From NCBI RefSeq assembly GCF_000143415.4, contig NW_003314263.1, positions 4,157,628 to 4,221,627 of the forward strand: a DNA stretch of 64,000 nt, in the 5' to 3' direction. This DNA is from Selaginella moellendorffii (lineage: Eukaryota > Plantae > Lycopodiophyta). This document shows, one piece after another, positions 37,941 to 50,094 of the stretch (position 1 is its first letter; every line of letters begins with the position of its first letter). The position numbers and the translations under genes are program-made. The notes below the pieces were generated by a model. The model searched no databases and had not been told where the DNA came from. It saw only the letters and a program-made list of their open reading frames with translations.

Positions 37941-39944
37941 ATGTTGGCCGCTGACGTGTGCCCTATTGCTGACGTGTACTATGCCAACAGGGCGATTGAG
38001 CGCCACGGCAAGTGCGGCAATGTGGGCATGGCGCGGCAAGTTTTCGATGCCTTGGGCGATAAAAAAAGGGACATTTTTTCATGGAATTTGATGATCCTGG
38101 CTCATGCGCGAAAGGGCGAGATCAGGGAGGCTAATATTTTGTTTGATTTGATGCCGCTGTTTGATATGCCGACTTGGAATGTCATGCTTACAGCATTTGC
38201 CAGAAGCGGGGATTTGGAACAAGCCGAAGAGACCTTTCGTCTTATGCCCGAGAAGAATTTGATATCCTGGACTGCCATGGTAACCGCGTACGCACACGTA
38301 TTAGACGCTGACAGAGCAAAAGAAGTTTTCGATCAGATGCCGCAAGTGAATCTCGTGTCATGGACTGCCATTCTTACTGCAAATGCCCAGAGAGGAGATA
38401 TTTCTGCTTGTGAAACTATTTTTGCTGGGATTCCCGAGAGAGATCTCGTGTCATGGAACGCAATGCTTGCTGCGTGTTCAGTTAAAGGCCAAGTCAAGAA
38501 ATGCAACGCAATCTTTCTGCTTATGCCACAGCACGATCTTGTGTCCTGGACGACAATGCTTGCAGTGAATGCCCACAATGGGCCTAGCATTGAAGACTGC
38601 AAGCGTGCGTTTGACAAGAGCCCGCAGCACAACCTCATCTCCTACAACGCGATGCTTTCGGCGTATTCACTCCACGGCTACGTGCTCGAAGCGGAGCGTT
38701 TGTTCTTCCACTCGATGCCGGAGAGAAACCTTGTGTCTTGGAACACAATGCTTGCAGTTTACACTCACAATGGACACACAGCCAAGGCTTTAGAATTGTT
38801 CCACTCAATCCCAATCCACGACCAAGTCTCATTCACGCTCGTCATCTCCCTTCTCGGAGACATGGCCTTAGAGTGCAGCAACCGCAAGGAATCGTGGGAG
38901 CTCCTCTCGCGGGCCAAGGACATGTTTGATCACGCAATGCCACACTACACGCTCATCGCTTGCAATGCCATGCTCTCTGCGTATGCCCGAAACGGGCAGC
39001 TCGAAGAAGCCCGGAGGATCTTCTCAGAGCTCCAGGAGCGCGACGTCGTCGCCTGGAACTCGATGCTCTCGGCATTCTTGATGTCCGGGAGCTTGGACGA
39101 GGTGAAGAAGACGTACGACGACATGCCATGCAGGAGCCTCGTTTCCAACACCACAATGCTGGATGCCTACGTTCAAAACGGCCGCTTCGAGGAAGCCAAA
39201 AGCTTGTTCGACGCGAGAATGCCACAGCACAACACTGCCTCTTGGAACGCAATGCTATCAGCGTATGCCCACAATCGCTACCTGGAACAGACGAAAGCCT
39301 TGCTGGCTCAGATGCCCGAAGCCAATCTCGTGTCTTGGAACACTCTTCTTTTCGCATATGCCCAAGAAGGGCATATGGGGAAAGCCAAGACGTTCTTCGA
39401 CAGGATGCCGGAGTGGAGTGTTGTGTCGTGGGGATCACTGCTCGCCACCTTAGTAACTTACAAGAAAACCAAGTTCCAAGACGAGCAGCTGGTGTCAAAC
39501 TGGACAGCACTAAATCTGTTTACAGGATGGATGCATTTGAGCAGCACCCCTCCGGACAAGGTTTGCTTCGTCTCGGCTCTTGTGTCTTGCAGCCATGCCG
39601 GAAAGGTCTACAATGGCCGGGCTTGCTTCGTTTCGATGCAAGCGGACTTTGGGATCAAGCCCAACAAGCGGCACTACTCTTGCATCCTGGACGTGCTTGT
39701 TCGCGCTGGATATCTTGCCCAGGCATGCGATCTCATGTCAAGCATGCCCTTTGTTCCAGACATTGTAGATTGGGTGTGTGTTTTGGGAGGCTTTGAGTCG
39801 AGTAGCGATGTCGTCAAGTTGAGAGGAGCAAATGCCGCTAGCGAAATTGTTAGAAACGTTATCGATCTCAAGCCTTTAGGTGGAGCTGCATACATCTTGC
39901 TCTCAAACATGCACATTCTCACTTCTTCCCCGCCTAGATGCTAA
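37941..39944 (+). CDS. PLS-class PPR protein with long S-motif run (E subgroup)
   Basis: Many 31-aa S motifs (F..MP...VSWNAML.AYA..G), then SCSHAG, HYSCILDVLVRAG and AAYILLSN. Confidence 0.92.
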   Translation: MLAADVCPIADVYYANRAIERHGKCGNVGMARQVFDALGDKKRDIFSWNLMILAHARKGEIREANILFDLMPLFDMPTWNVMLTAFARSGDLEQAEETFRLMPEKNLISWTAMVTAYAHVLDADRAKEVFDQMPQVNLVSWTAILTANAQRGDISACETIFAGIPERDLVSWNAMLAACSVKGQVKKCNAIFLLMPQHDLVSWTTMLAVNAHNGPSIEDCKRAFDKSPQHNLISYNAMLSAYSLHGYVLEAERLFFHSMPERNLVSWNTMLAVYTHNGHTAKALELFHSIPIHDQVSFTLVISLLGDMALECSNRKESWELLSRAKDMFDHAMPHYTLIACNAMLSAYARNGQLEEARRIFSELQERDVVAWNSMLSAFLMSGSLDEVKKTYDDMPCRSLVSNTTMLDAYVQNGRFEEAKSLFDARMPQHNTASWNAMLSAYAHNRYLEQTKALLAQMPEANLVSWNTLLFAYAQEGHMGKAKTFFDRMPEWSVVSWGSLLATLVTYKKTKFQDEQLVSNWTALNLFTGWMHLSSTPPDKVCFVSALVSCSHAGKVYNGRACFVSMQADFGIKPNKRHYSCILDVLVRAGYLAQACDLMSSMPFVPDIVDWVCVLGGFESSSDVVKLRGANAASEIVRNVIDLKPLGGAAYILLSNMHILTSSPPRC

Positions 39945-40751
39945 GAATATTCTAGATCCCAGAATAGTTTTTTCTCTTTTGAAAAGTTAAAATCTAACCC
40001 GTTAACAAAGTAGAATACATTGATTCGCTAGCGGCCTTTTAGGGTTTCTAGAAATGGCAAGGAGCTTAACAGGACCTTTAGAAAATCTAGGCAATGGGAA
40101 AAGTAAAGAATATTCGTGTGGCCCCTCCTGGGCTCCTCGGACCATTGGTTCGCGGAAGGAACCCTTGGTGTATTGTATTGGAGAACCGATGGATAACAGA
40201 GCTGGAGCAAAGAGCTGTCGGCATGTCTGCGTTGAGCGGTTGCGATTGTCTCTGCGCCCTCTGGATCCAACGACCAGTACCTGCTCTCCATCCGACGCAC
40301 GAGTGCGTGCCACGCACGCGGGCCCCGTCTGGACGGCGTGGATTGCCGGACGCTTGACAAGGAGCTCAATGTGGTGCATGGTTTTTGGGAGAAACGGGAC
40401 AGTGTGGTGAGGAGCCTCTTTGTCCTCTTTCTCCTCTCTCCTCTCCTCTCCCCCTCCATCGCATTAGGGATCGCGCTATCCCTTCCGCTGGGGCGCTGGC
40501 GCCATGAATCGCAGGCGCGTCGCTCCAGATTTTGGATACAATGCAGGGGTGCGCCGCGAATCCCATCCAGATTTGGGCAAGGCAATGCGGTGGATGATCT
40601 TCAAGGCGATCGATCTAGCTCCATTGGGAGAGGCGGCGAGGATTTGAAGCATCTGGATCGCGTATTATGCAAGCATCGAGCTCCGGCGCCGCGAAATATC
40701 ACTGTGGATAGGCAGAGTAGCTCAGGATAGGGATTTCGGGCGTCCGGCATC

Positions 40752-43365
40752 ATGCCTCCCAGTAGAAGAAGCTCATCGGCGTCCCTCCTCCAGCAGCGCG
40801 GCAAGGGAGGCACGGGCAAGCACGGCGGCACCCACATTCTAGCTACATTGTTTGCGCTCCTCGTCACAGCTCCACTCGTCTTCCTGGCAGTGCGTTTCAG
40901 CAGCTTTGGCTCAGCTTTGAGTAAGTCTCTTCTTTTCCTTCTCTCGCAAATGGCTAATGACTACAGAGTGTTCTAGACGCCAAGGATTTTTTCGATGTAA
41001 GTTATGGTTATACCTCTACCTATGATTGATTTAATTCTAACTCTTTGTGTTTGATTTTCCAGCAAAGCCATGGTGCTGAGAGTGCTCGCAAGCTGACGGG
41101 ACAAGATCATCAAATGGAGAGCTTTCTTCCCGAGGAGGTAAATGTTCTCGAGAGAACGCGCCTTTTGTGAACGCAATTTATCTCGGGTTGTCGGTTGCAG
41201 GTTCTGAGCGTCATTCTGGCCAATTCAGACGACCCAGATCGGATACTGAGGCTCAAAGCTGTAAAGGATACACCGTCTTCTTTAGTACAAGAGCATGATG
41301 ACCAGCAGCTTAAGTTTGAGAACGATAGTCTTCAGGTTTGTTTTATTCTTGTTGGTGAAGTCATCAATTCTAACGCATCTCTTTGGAGCAGGAAGGACAG
41401 GAAGGAGAGATTACAAACGGGACACCCTCTGTTACTTCCGATTCGTTCAACTCGTCGGAAACGGGTCAAGGTAATTAGCTAGCTGGCAGGAAAACGAAAA
41501 TGGGTGTTTAAGAGGTTTGTATGTTACAGGAAAGAGCGGATTGCTTCTACAAGATGTGCATTACCGGGAGCAGCCGCCAGAGGTATGGAGTTGATTGTGA
41601 GCACCGAACTTGAGTTCTTTCTACACACGCAGCATATCAAACTACGCAGGGAAAAGGAGCGACTGCTGCAGCTCACCAAGCACGATGAGAAAGAGAACGC
41701 GCAACTAGAGGCCGAAGCCATCGAGCGAACTAAAGCTGTGTCGAGGAACATCATGGGGAAGTACAGCATTTGGAGGCGCGAAGACAACGAGAACTCGGAC
41801 AACCTTGTTCGGCTGATGCGAGAGCAACTGATTATGGCCAGAGTGTATGCAAGCATTGCTCAGTCTCGCAACAACTTGAGGCTCCTTCGGGATTTGAAAC
41901 TGCGGATAAGGGAGACCACACGTGCGTTGGGAGACGCTAATCTGGATTCTGATCTCTCTCGTAGGTAATTTTCTTTCTTCTTTCGCAGCACAGCAATTCT
42001 CTAACATGTTTCACTGCTGCAGTGCACACGAGAGGATCAGAACCATGGGGCAGACATTGACGCAAGCTCGCAGTGAACTATATGACTGCGGACTGATTGT
42101 AAGGAAGTTGCGTGCTACGTTACAGTCTTCCCAGGAGTACGCCCAAACATTGAAGAAGCAAAGCACGTTTCTCAGTCAGCTCGCGGCTAAGACCATTCCA
42201 AAGGCTCTCCATTGCCTTTCGCTTCGCCTAAACGTGGAGTACTACACACTTCCTCCCGAGAAGCGCGAATTCCCATCACAAGAAAAGCTCGACGATCCAA
42301 CGCTCTTTCACTACTCACTTTTCTCCGACAACATTCTTGCGGCATCGGTGGTAGTTAGCTCCACAGTACGGCATGCACAGGTTCGATGACTCCAGTACTA
42401 TATAGCGACTTAACGATTTTCCGCTTTTCAGGAACCGCATAAGCATGTCATTCACGTTGTCACGGACAGGCTCAACTACGGCGCCATGCGCATGTGGTTT
42501 CTCGCCAATCCGCCTGGGAAGGCCACCATTGAAGTCCAAAACATTGACGACTTCAAGTGGCTCAACTCATCCTACTGCCCGGTTCTTCGACAGCTAGAAT
42601 CCGCTGCCATGAAGGACTACTACTTCAAGCCCGATCATCCAACGTCCGTTTCCTCGGGGTCATCCAATCTCAAGTACAGGAATCCAAAGTACCTCTCCAT
42701 GCTCAACCACCTGCGCTTCTACTTGCCGCAAATCTATCCCAAGCTGGACAAGATACTCTTCCTGGACGATGACATCGTTGTCCAGAAGGACCTCACCGGC
42801 CTGTGGAGCATAGACCTGCAAGGCAAAGTGAACGGTGCTGTCGAGACCTGCGGCGCCAGCTTCCATCGCTTCGACAAGTACTTGAACTTCTCCAACCCGC
42901 ACATCGCCAGGAACTTCAACCCGGACGCGTGTGGCTGGGCGTACGGGATGAACGTCTTCGATCTCAAAGAGTGGAAGCGGCGCGACATAACGGGGATCTA
43001 CCACAAGTGGCAGAACATGGTAATGGCTTTAGGATCGATATCTATCTTTTGCCTCGTGTTTGACAAGAGGTTTTGCTTTTGCTTTCCAGAACGAGGACAG
43101 GCTGCTGTGGAAGCTCGGAACGCTACCCCCTGGCCTCATCACCTTCTACAACTTGACGCATCCATTGGACAAGTCGTGGCACGTCCTGGGATTGGGCTAC
43201 AATCCAAGCATCGACAAAGCGGACATGGATGCAGCCGCGGTGGTGCATTACAACGGCAATCTCAAGCCATGGCTGGACATTGGGCTTTCGAGATACAAGT
43301 CGTACTGGACGAGGTACGTGAGCTACGATCACCCATACCTGCAGCAGTGTAACATCAACCATTGA
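40752..43365 (+). CDS. GAUT1: Galacturonosyltransferase (GT8, GAUT1-like), multi-exon
   Basis: N-terminal TM segment; GKYSIWRRE; QLAAKTIPKALHCLSLRL; FSDNILAASVVV; LKYRNPKYLSMLNHLRFYLP; LFLDDDIVVQKDL; WKLGTLPPGL; HYNGNLKPWL. GT-AG introns. Confidence 0.92.
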
Positions 43366-43971
43366 GCTTGCGGGGCGGGCATACACCACACTTTCCAAGC
43401 GTGCATATTGGAAGTGAATATTGGATTTTTTTTTTTTTTCTACTTGGCAAAGGTATGGTTCCCTTTGTTTCTTCATATCCATTCGATTCTCTTGCGGGAA
43501 AAGCAAAAAAAGAAGCTAACTGTACAGCTCTGCGCGTCGAGAAAACGATGCCACCTTGCTTTAATTTGGAAGCTCTGCTCTCTCTTTTATCCTCGTAGAA
43601 GATGTTTGTGAACTGCAAAAAGAGTGACAAGTGCATATGATAGATCACAGTGAGATTATTTGTCATGCTCCCCATCTATAACTGATTAATCACATGATAA
43701 TGAAAACAGTAGACATGTCTTACTGCATAACAGCACATGGTTATGAGCTACATTTATCATTCCAGCAATGTTTAAGAGTTTTCCTCTCTTTTAAATTTTT
43801 GTTAAACCTTAGTAACAAAAAAAGATTGTCATCTTTGCATGGTTTCACATTTTAGTTTTGTTTGGAGATCGTTTAGCTTTCTTCATTCCTCTACTTAAGC
43901 TTAGTAGTTAAAAATAACAAATTACTAGCAAAATTACTGAGCTGTACAGGGAGACTCTCGGCATATCCTTT

Positions 43972-46900
43972 TCATCGTTTGCTCCTTGCGGACTTGCTGT
44001 TAGCTCCACTCTTGTGAGCTTTGTTGTGCTGCTTCTTCCGCTTCTTCTGGATTCCCCCCAGTGCCTTGTTCACGCTCAGGCCCTCGAGCTTCTTGGTCAC
44101 CTTGAAAACGCTCTCCATTCCCTTGCGAGCCGCGGCCTTCTTCTCCCCGCGCCGGTTAAGCAATTTAGCGTCCAGGGGCCAGTACGCGTACGGCTCTAGC
44201 TTCCCGTCCCTCTTCACGTCCCCTCCAGCGCCTTTCTTGTTCACGTACTCGTCGCCCTTGTACGACCAGCCAGTGCTCCTCTTCTTTTGGTTCTCGGCGG
44301 CCACTTTGCCCCGTTTCTTAGCACCTTTTTTGCTCCTGCCAAACTCTTCTTCTTCTCCTTCCTCTTCCTCGTCTCTCGGCCGCTTGGAGGCGCGTCCTTG
44401 CTGCTGCTGCTGCTGCGGCTGCCTTTCTTCCACTATTAAACGGCCATCTGGATCAAAATCCATGTCTTCGTCGCTCTCTGCCTGGCTCTTCTTTGGCTTT
44501 CCTAGAGTTGACAGTGCCGCCCTCGTCTTTGAAACGTCAAGAAGATCCAGAGGCTCGTCCCTTCCTCGCTCGTCTTCCGGGAGCCTCCTCTTTTGCTTTG
44601 GCAGCTTCTTTGACCTGCTTTACCAGTAGTAACGCTTGCAAATGAGGGAATATGAGAGGTGAAGCTTACCTGGCAGTAGTAGCCTTGGACCTTGTGAAAG
44701 CCGTCGCACCTTCGCTCTCGTCGTCGCCATCGTTGTCCTCGTCCGAGTCAGAGAAGATGTCCGTGTGCTTCCACTTACTGCGCCTGCTAAAAACGAGTGT
44801 GACAAGTGAAAATGATATACCATCATTCTACTTACGTTGTGGTTGCACGAGTGAAGTGCGATCTCTTGTCATCCTCGCCATCAATAATTGATCTCTTTTT
44901 CTTCTCTTCGTGGTCCTTCCTCTGCAGATTCATCCGATTTAGCTAGACAAGAAACTGAATCAAGTACCTTTCGAATGTTGACGAGGTGCTTGGCATGCTC
45001 TTTGGGCATAACAGCAGAAACGGCCTCAAATCCACATTTTTTTAACAACTTCTCCAGTATCCCGCGGACCTGTTCCATTCGGTAAGCATAAAGAGCGTGC
45101 ACCAATAAAAGAACGACCTTTGCTTTAAATCTGTTCTTCGGATCTTCAGACCAAACCATCATAGCCTCCACCATTTCACTCAAACGGGGCATAAGCTCCT
45201 CTTTAGACATCATAGCAACGATTACTTTTAAAAGGCCAAGAACGGACTGCAAAATAGAAACCACCAGTTGTTCTTTTCAACAAAAGCAAAATTAAAACTA
45301 ACCTTGATTACTTCTCGACTCTTGTAGTTGCGAAGTAAATAAAATGCACTCGGAAGATATCGGTGTATCTCGCCTTTCAGCTCCGCTGGGAACTCGTACA
45401 CCATCCTTGAAATTGCACTGAGAGCCGCACTTATGACATGCGGCTCTCCAGCTGAGCCTGTTACTGCGGAACATCCCACCAACTGGGCCCAGAAACATCA
45501 AATATATGGAGTTAAAAACAAGCTGTCAATACCTTTCTAAAAAATTGGACAAGTTTCTCGTCAGAAACTTGCAACAGGCCATTCCCAATTCCAATTAAAA
45601 GCTCATAAGCTCCGTCTCTTGTTTTCTTGTTATTCTGTAAGAGAAAAGGCCAATTTGCTGCTTTAGATTGACGCTGATTAAATACCTCCTTCAGCGCAAG
45701 AACAGACTCTTTGAGAAGGAATGCTATGTAGTCGTTCGTATTCTCGTCCCCCTGCTGAAATGGCAAAAAAATTATCAACGACGAAAACTAATTGAAGATG
45801 CATCTACCTGCACGAGATGTAGAATCAACAACTGCAAGCAAGCAACCCTGTATTGTTTTGCAGAGGACTGGCATGCAGATGTAGCTTCCACGATAACTTC
45901 AAATATTTCTTGCTCTTTTGAAGAGAGAAAATCAGTATGTTCCTGTAAGTTCGAAACATAAATCTGAGCACTTGAAAACAAAATTTACCTTCAAAATACC
46001 AGCAAGAACTTTGTATCCTTTTTTCTGAACACCAGAGTCTGGATCCTAAAGGGAGATAATTAGATAATGAAGAAATAAAGGTTTTGCGTGCCCAAAACTC
46101 CCACCTGCAATGCAGGCTTTGCAACTGCGAAAAGCGCGCTCAAGCCTTTATGATCCAAACCACCAACTAGTGACAAAGCAAGATCCATAAACATGCACCT
46201 GTCCAAAATTTTAGACCATAGATGATTTCAGTAGTTATGTAACGAATTACCTTCTCTCTTTCGCATTTGTATCTTTGGTGGCTTCCAAAAGCTTCTCCAT
46301 GACCGTTCGGAAAAACTTCTGAACAGTAGCTTTGCTTGATATAGACGCAAAAGCACCAATAGCAGCCTAGCAATTCACTTGTTAAAAAAAAAAAGAGAAA
46401 ATAGATAATGCATCCTAGTACCTGTAACTCTCCCCGTTTTTCTGGTGGTGACTCGCAAAATATATTGAAAAGAAGTGGAAGAAACTTATCCGAAAACGCA
46501 GAAATGGCTGACAAGTTTGCCGAGGCAATGTCCTTGGAATAACATGCTTTTTCCTTTGCATCCAAATCCACGTCCATGCCGTCATTAGCGTCGCAGATAG
46601 ATTTGTTTTGCTTTATCAATGTCTGAGGATAAAAACGACGTCAAGCGTAGTGCACAGGAAGTAAGAAGCTTCACCTGGATGCTGGAAGAGATTACTCCTC
46701 TAAGGTCCGGATACTTTCTCATTGACTCCCCAAGAAGCTTTGCAATCACCTGGAAGCTGTCTTTGGTGTCCACAGGATAATTGCAAAAGGATGGAAGAAG
46801 AGCCCAAAGAGCTTGTGCGCATGCTTCTGCATTTTTTGCGGGCGCCCCAGAAAGCTGCAAAGAACGCTGTTTAGTACGATTCTAAAAGAAAACATATATA

Positions 46901-48643
46901 TATCAACCTCATGTGCTTTTACTGCAAGATTTTCTGCCAAAGGACCGATGGTAGTCGCGAAGTATTTGAGCCTTGCTCCAACAAGATGTTGCTTCAAGAT
47001 AGGTATCAACCAGATGCGGGCTTTGTCTAGCTGCGTGGCATCCATGTCCAATGGCAAGAGCTCCAAAAAACGTTCTGGTCCCATAGCCACAACGGCTGCT
47101 CCAAAACTATTGTGTAGCTGTAAAAGAGTATCAAACGTGAAATCTAGCGTGTAAAACTTGCCTGCTTTCGACAAGGCAAGTCCTCGTCTCTAAGTTTTTG
47201 TAGTTCGGCGAGAACTTTAACAATTCCTTTCATGAATCGAAAGGAGGCCTCACCTGGAAAAAGAAGGAATAAAATGGAATGAGCTACAGCTTTAAAAAGC
47301 GAGAGAAAGTTACCCATTTTCTGGAAAAGTGCCGAGACAACGAGCAAAGCTTTATCCCAGGCGCCGGAATATTCATAGCTCAATGACCTTTCAACGGACG
47401 AACAGATACTTTCAATAGCAACTGGATCGGTTTCTAGCTGTCTCAGCATTGCGCCATCTATGAAGCGATCTGCTAAGCCTCGGAGACACTCCGCTGCACC
47501 AAACACAACCTCTTCCTGTTCCGAAGCAAAGAGATCTGGAATACAGTAAAGGAAACTTTCGGCTCCAAGAGAAAAAAGAAAGAAAAGGAACTATACCTGT
47601 GATGGCATCGAATGGCGCCGGAAGCTGGCCGGCGCAGAGTTTAGGATCGATGGCGTACAAGTTAGACAGCCCCTGCTCTATCACATGAACTGCCGTCATG
47701 ACCTCGTCCACATCCCTGTTATCAGCCGTGACGAGGGAGAGAACAGCACGAATAACGCCCACCAATGCCGCCGATGAAACGCCCGTCCTGGATCTTCTTC
47801 CCAGAGAAAGAAGAACATTGAGTACGTTCCTGGTGACGAGTGACTGCTTCAAAGTGATGAGAAGTGTGACGCTGGGAAGCACTCTCGCGATGGTCTTGGG
47901 CGACATGGCTGGCAGAAGAAGCCGCATGGCCCCGATCATGTGTAAGAGCTTCAGAGCACCAGCGGCAGCGTCCTCGTTGCTCTTGCCTTTGGCCAGGAAA
48001 GGTGACGCGCATTCTTCGAACGACGAGGCAACTAAGTCGCTAGCTTTGTCGAGAGCCGCCGAGCCATGGAAGCTAGACAAGACTTGCGCAGCGCACAAGT
48101 AAGCGCGCCTTCGCACCTAGAGAAGCCTGCGATCAAGCTCCGGAGAAAGAAAAGAAAACGAAGCGAGCGTACCTTTGGTCTCATATCCACGCAAAACTTG
48201 AGAAGCAACTGGAACGATCCAGCCAGAGCCGGCCAGCTCGATCGATCGGCGGCGCAAAGGATGCACTCGATGCACGACAGCGCGGGCTTGGCAGTGGCAG
48301 CCGGAAGTTTTGCGTCCCCCAGCACCTTGTCCAAAACAACCAGAGCCTTTCCACTCGTGGATCGCAGCACGGAGGCGGGAAGCTTGGGAAGGAGCGTGGC
48401 CAGGAATGTGAGGAAAGCCGTGGTATCGGCTCCATCCACGGCGCCTGCATTGCATTGCTGCTCCAGCGGCGCCATGGTCGCGGCGAAATACGCCGTGGGA
48501 ATCAGCGGCAGGCCCTGCTCTTTCAGCACCTCCATCACCGCGCTTACCACCGCCAGTAGCTGCTTGTGCTCGGGCGCCGGAGAATTGTGGAAGCGATTGA
48601 GCAGCGCGCGCCCCACATCCTCCTCCTCCTCCTCCATCGCCAT
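43972..48643 (-). CDS. RRP12: RRP12-like ribosome biogenesis protein (NUC173 domain), multi-exon
   Basis: [50 protein letters not shown], and C-terminal GDVKRDGKLEPYAYWPLD. About 17 short introns. Confidence 0.93.
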
Positions 48644-48706
48644 CGCTAGGGCTCCTCAGAGGTGAGAAATTTAGGGCTTTGACAAAAACCCCACCATAAT
48701 TAGGGC

Positions 48707-48714
48707 TAGGGTTT
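48707..48714. promoter_or_regulatory. Telo-box (AAACCCTA) in the ~80-bp divergent promoter between RRP12 and the 48724 gene
   Basis: TAGGGTTT at 48707. Telo-boxes are typical of plant ribosome-biogenesis gene promoters. Confidence 0.5.
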
Positions 48715-48723
48715 TGTGGTTCT

Positions 48724-50094
48724 ATGTGGTCAGGTAAAGGTTGATGTTTTACGGAAATGATCTTACATTCTTCTACTTCACCAGCGGCAAGGGGCCAGTT
48801 AAGGCGCCATCGCTCATCTTCATGGCAGCCAGGTAAGTATTTTAAAGGTTGAGAGAGGTGATGATAGATTTCTCTTGTGGAGCAGTGGTGGCTTGCCGAT
48901 TTTTCTTGAGGAGCTTCTGTATGGGCCTTCGATCATCATCCACACCGCGGCCAGGTAAGAAAGTTGATGGAAATGATTTCAGGTTTTCTTTTTCCTTTGG
49001 AACAGTTGGTCATGGATCATCATCATGCGATACTCGGCCGGCACCGCAACTTGTTTTGCGGTACAACAGAGCCAACACTTCACTCCTTCTCTTTGGTGAC
49101 TGTTGGTACAATGGCGGTGGCCATGGTTGGTCGATGAGAGAATTCGGGGCCTTGCTTGAATCTGGACACTCCCAGACGGAGTGTACTAATCGGAATCGCA
49201 AGCACTGCGATGGTACTTACTGGAGCTGCCCCTATAGCAGGCGCGACATAGATTATGATCCAGACATGGCTCCCTCCGTAAGAGAGCTCGAGCAATGCCA
49301 GATTAGAAGCATTGAGACTACCGGCGTCCTCTCGACTTTGGAGCTCGGGCTTAGATACAACAAGTGGGATGGCGGGGCATGCATTTGGGACACAAGCGTG
49401 GAAACAGATCGTGCGAGAATAATCGAGGAACACTTGGAGATTAAGTACGAGAGAGCTGCAACAGGATGCGTGCTTGTATCCGTTCCTACGTTAGCTCTCA
49501 AGTACAAGGCGCTTAAGTGGATACTCAAGACCGACGTCACTAGCTTCCCCCTCGAATTACTTCCTGACGAGTTTATATCAAATTCGAGCACGAAGGTTCA
49601 GGAGAAGGCGATGCTCGAGCTGGCGGAGGCCGTTTTACAGGGGATAAAGAGGTATGTTATTGAAGGGATTGGCATTATGAGGAAAGCTGGTTTGTTTTTT
49701 TCCAGGTGTGTTATTGTGGATCTCCGAGGGATTGGAACAATGAGAAAAGTTGGTTTGTTTTTTCCTGGTGCGACGGTGGATAAGATGCTCGAGTATATCG
49801 GCAAAGAGCCTGTCCCAGTTGGGGAATTCCTCAAAGAAGACGACTGGAAGGAGCTCGGTGTTGAGAATGTTGGCAGAGAGGAAGTAGTCTGCTTCACCAT
49901 CGATTTGGAGTGGACTGTGGAGCTGTTACTGGAATTCAAAGTTGACAAATCAATCGTAAGTACCCTCTAGAATCGTTGTATCTAAACTTCTTGCGTTTGG
50001 GCAGGGGGTAGGAACAGGCCTCTTCCCTCCCCGTTCGGAGCCATCAACTGAGCAACCGAGTTCGCCATGGCAATTACTTCTGGAAACCATCTAG
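48724..50094 (+). CDS. Uncharacterised Cys/His-rich protein, possibly organelle-targeted (paralog of 58200-59415)
   Basis: ATG TGG TCA G|gt start, three short 5' introns and long ORF 48849-49970. Aligns to the paralog (GHGWxMxEFGALL, KHCxxxYWSCPYS, DYDPDM, LKYKAL, FPLE). A last intron at ~49956 is inferred. Confidence 0.7.

Noticed and set aside
40002-40730. Overlapping ORFs upstream of the GAUT gene
   Set aside because: This is GC-rich promoter/5' UTR sequence with no coding motifs in any frame.
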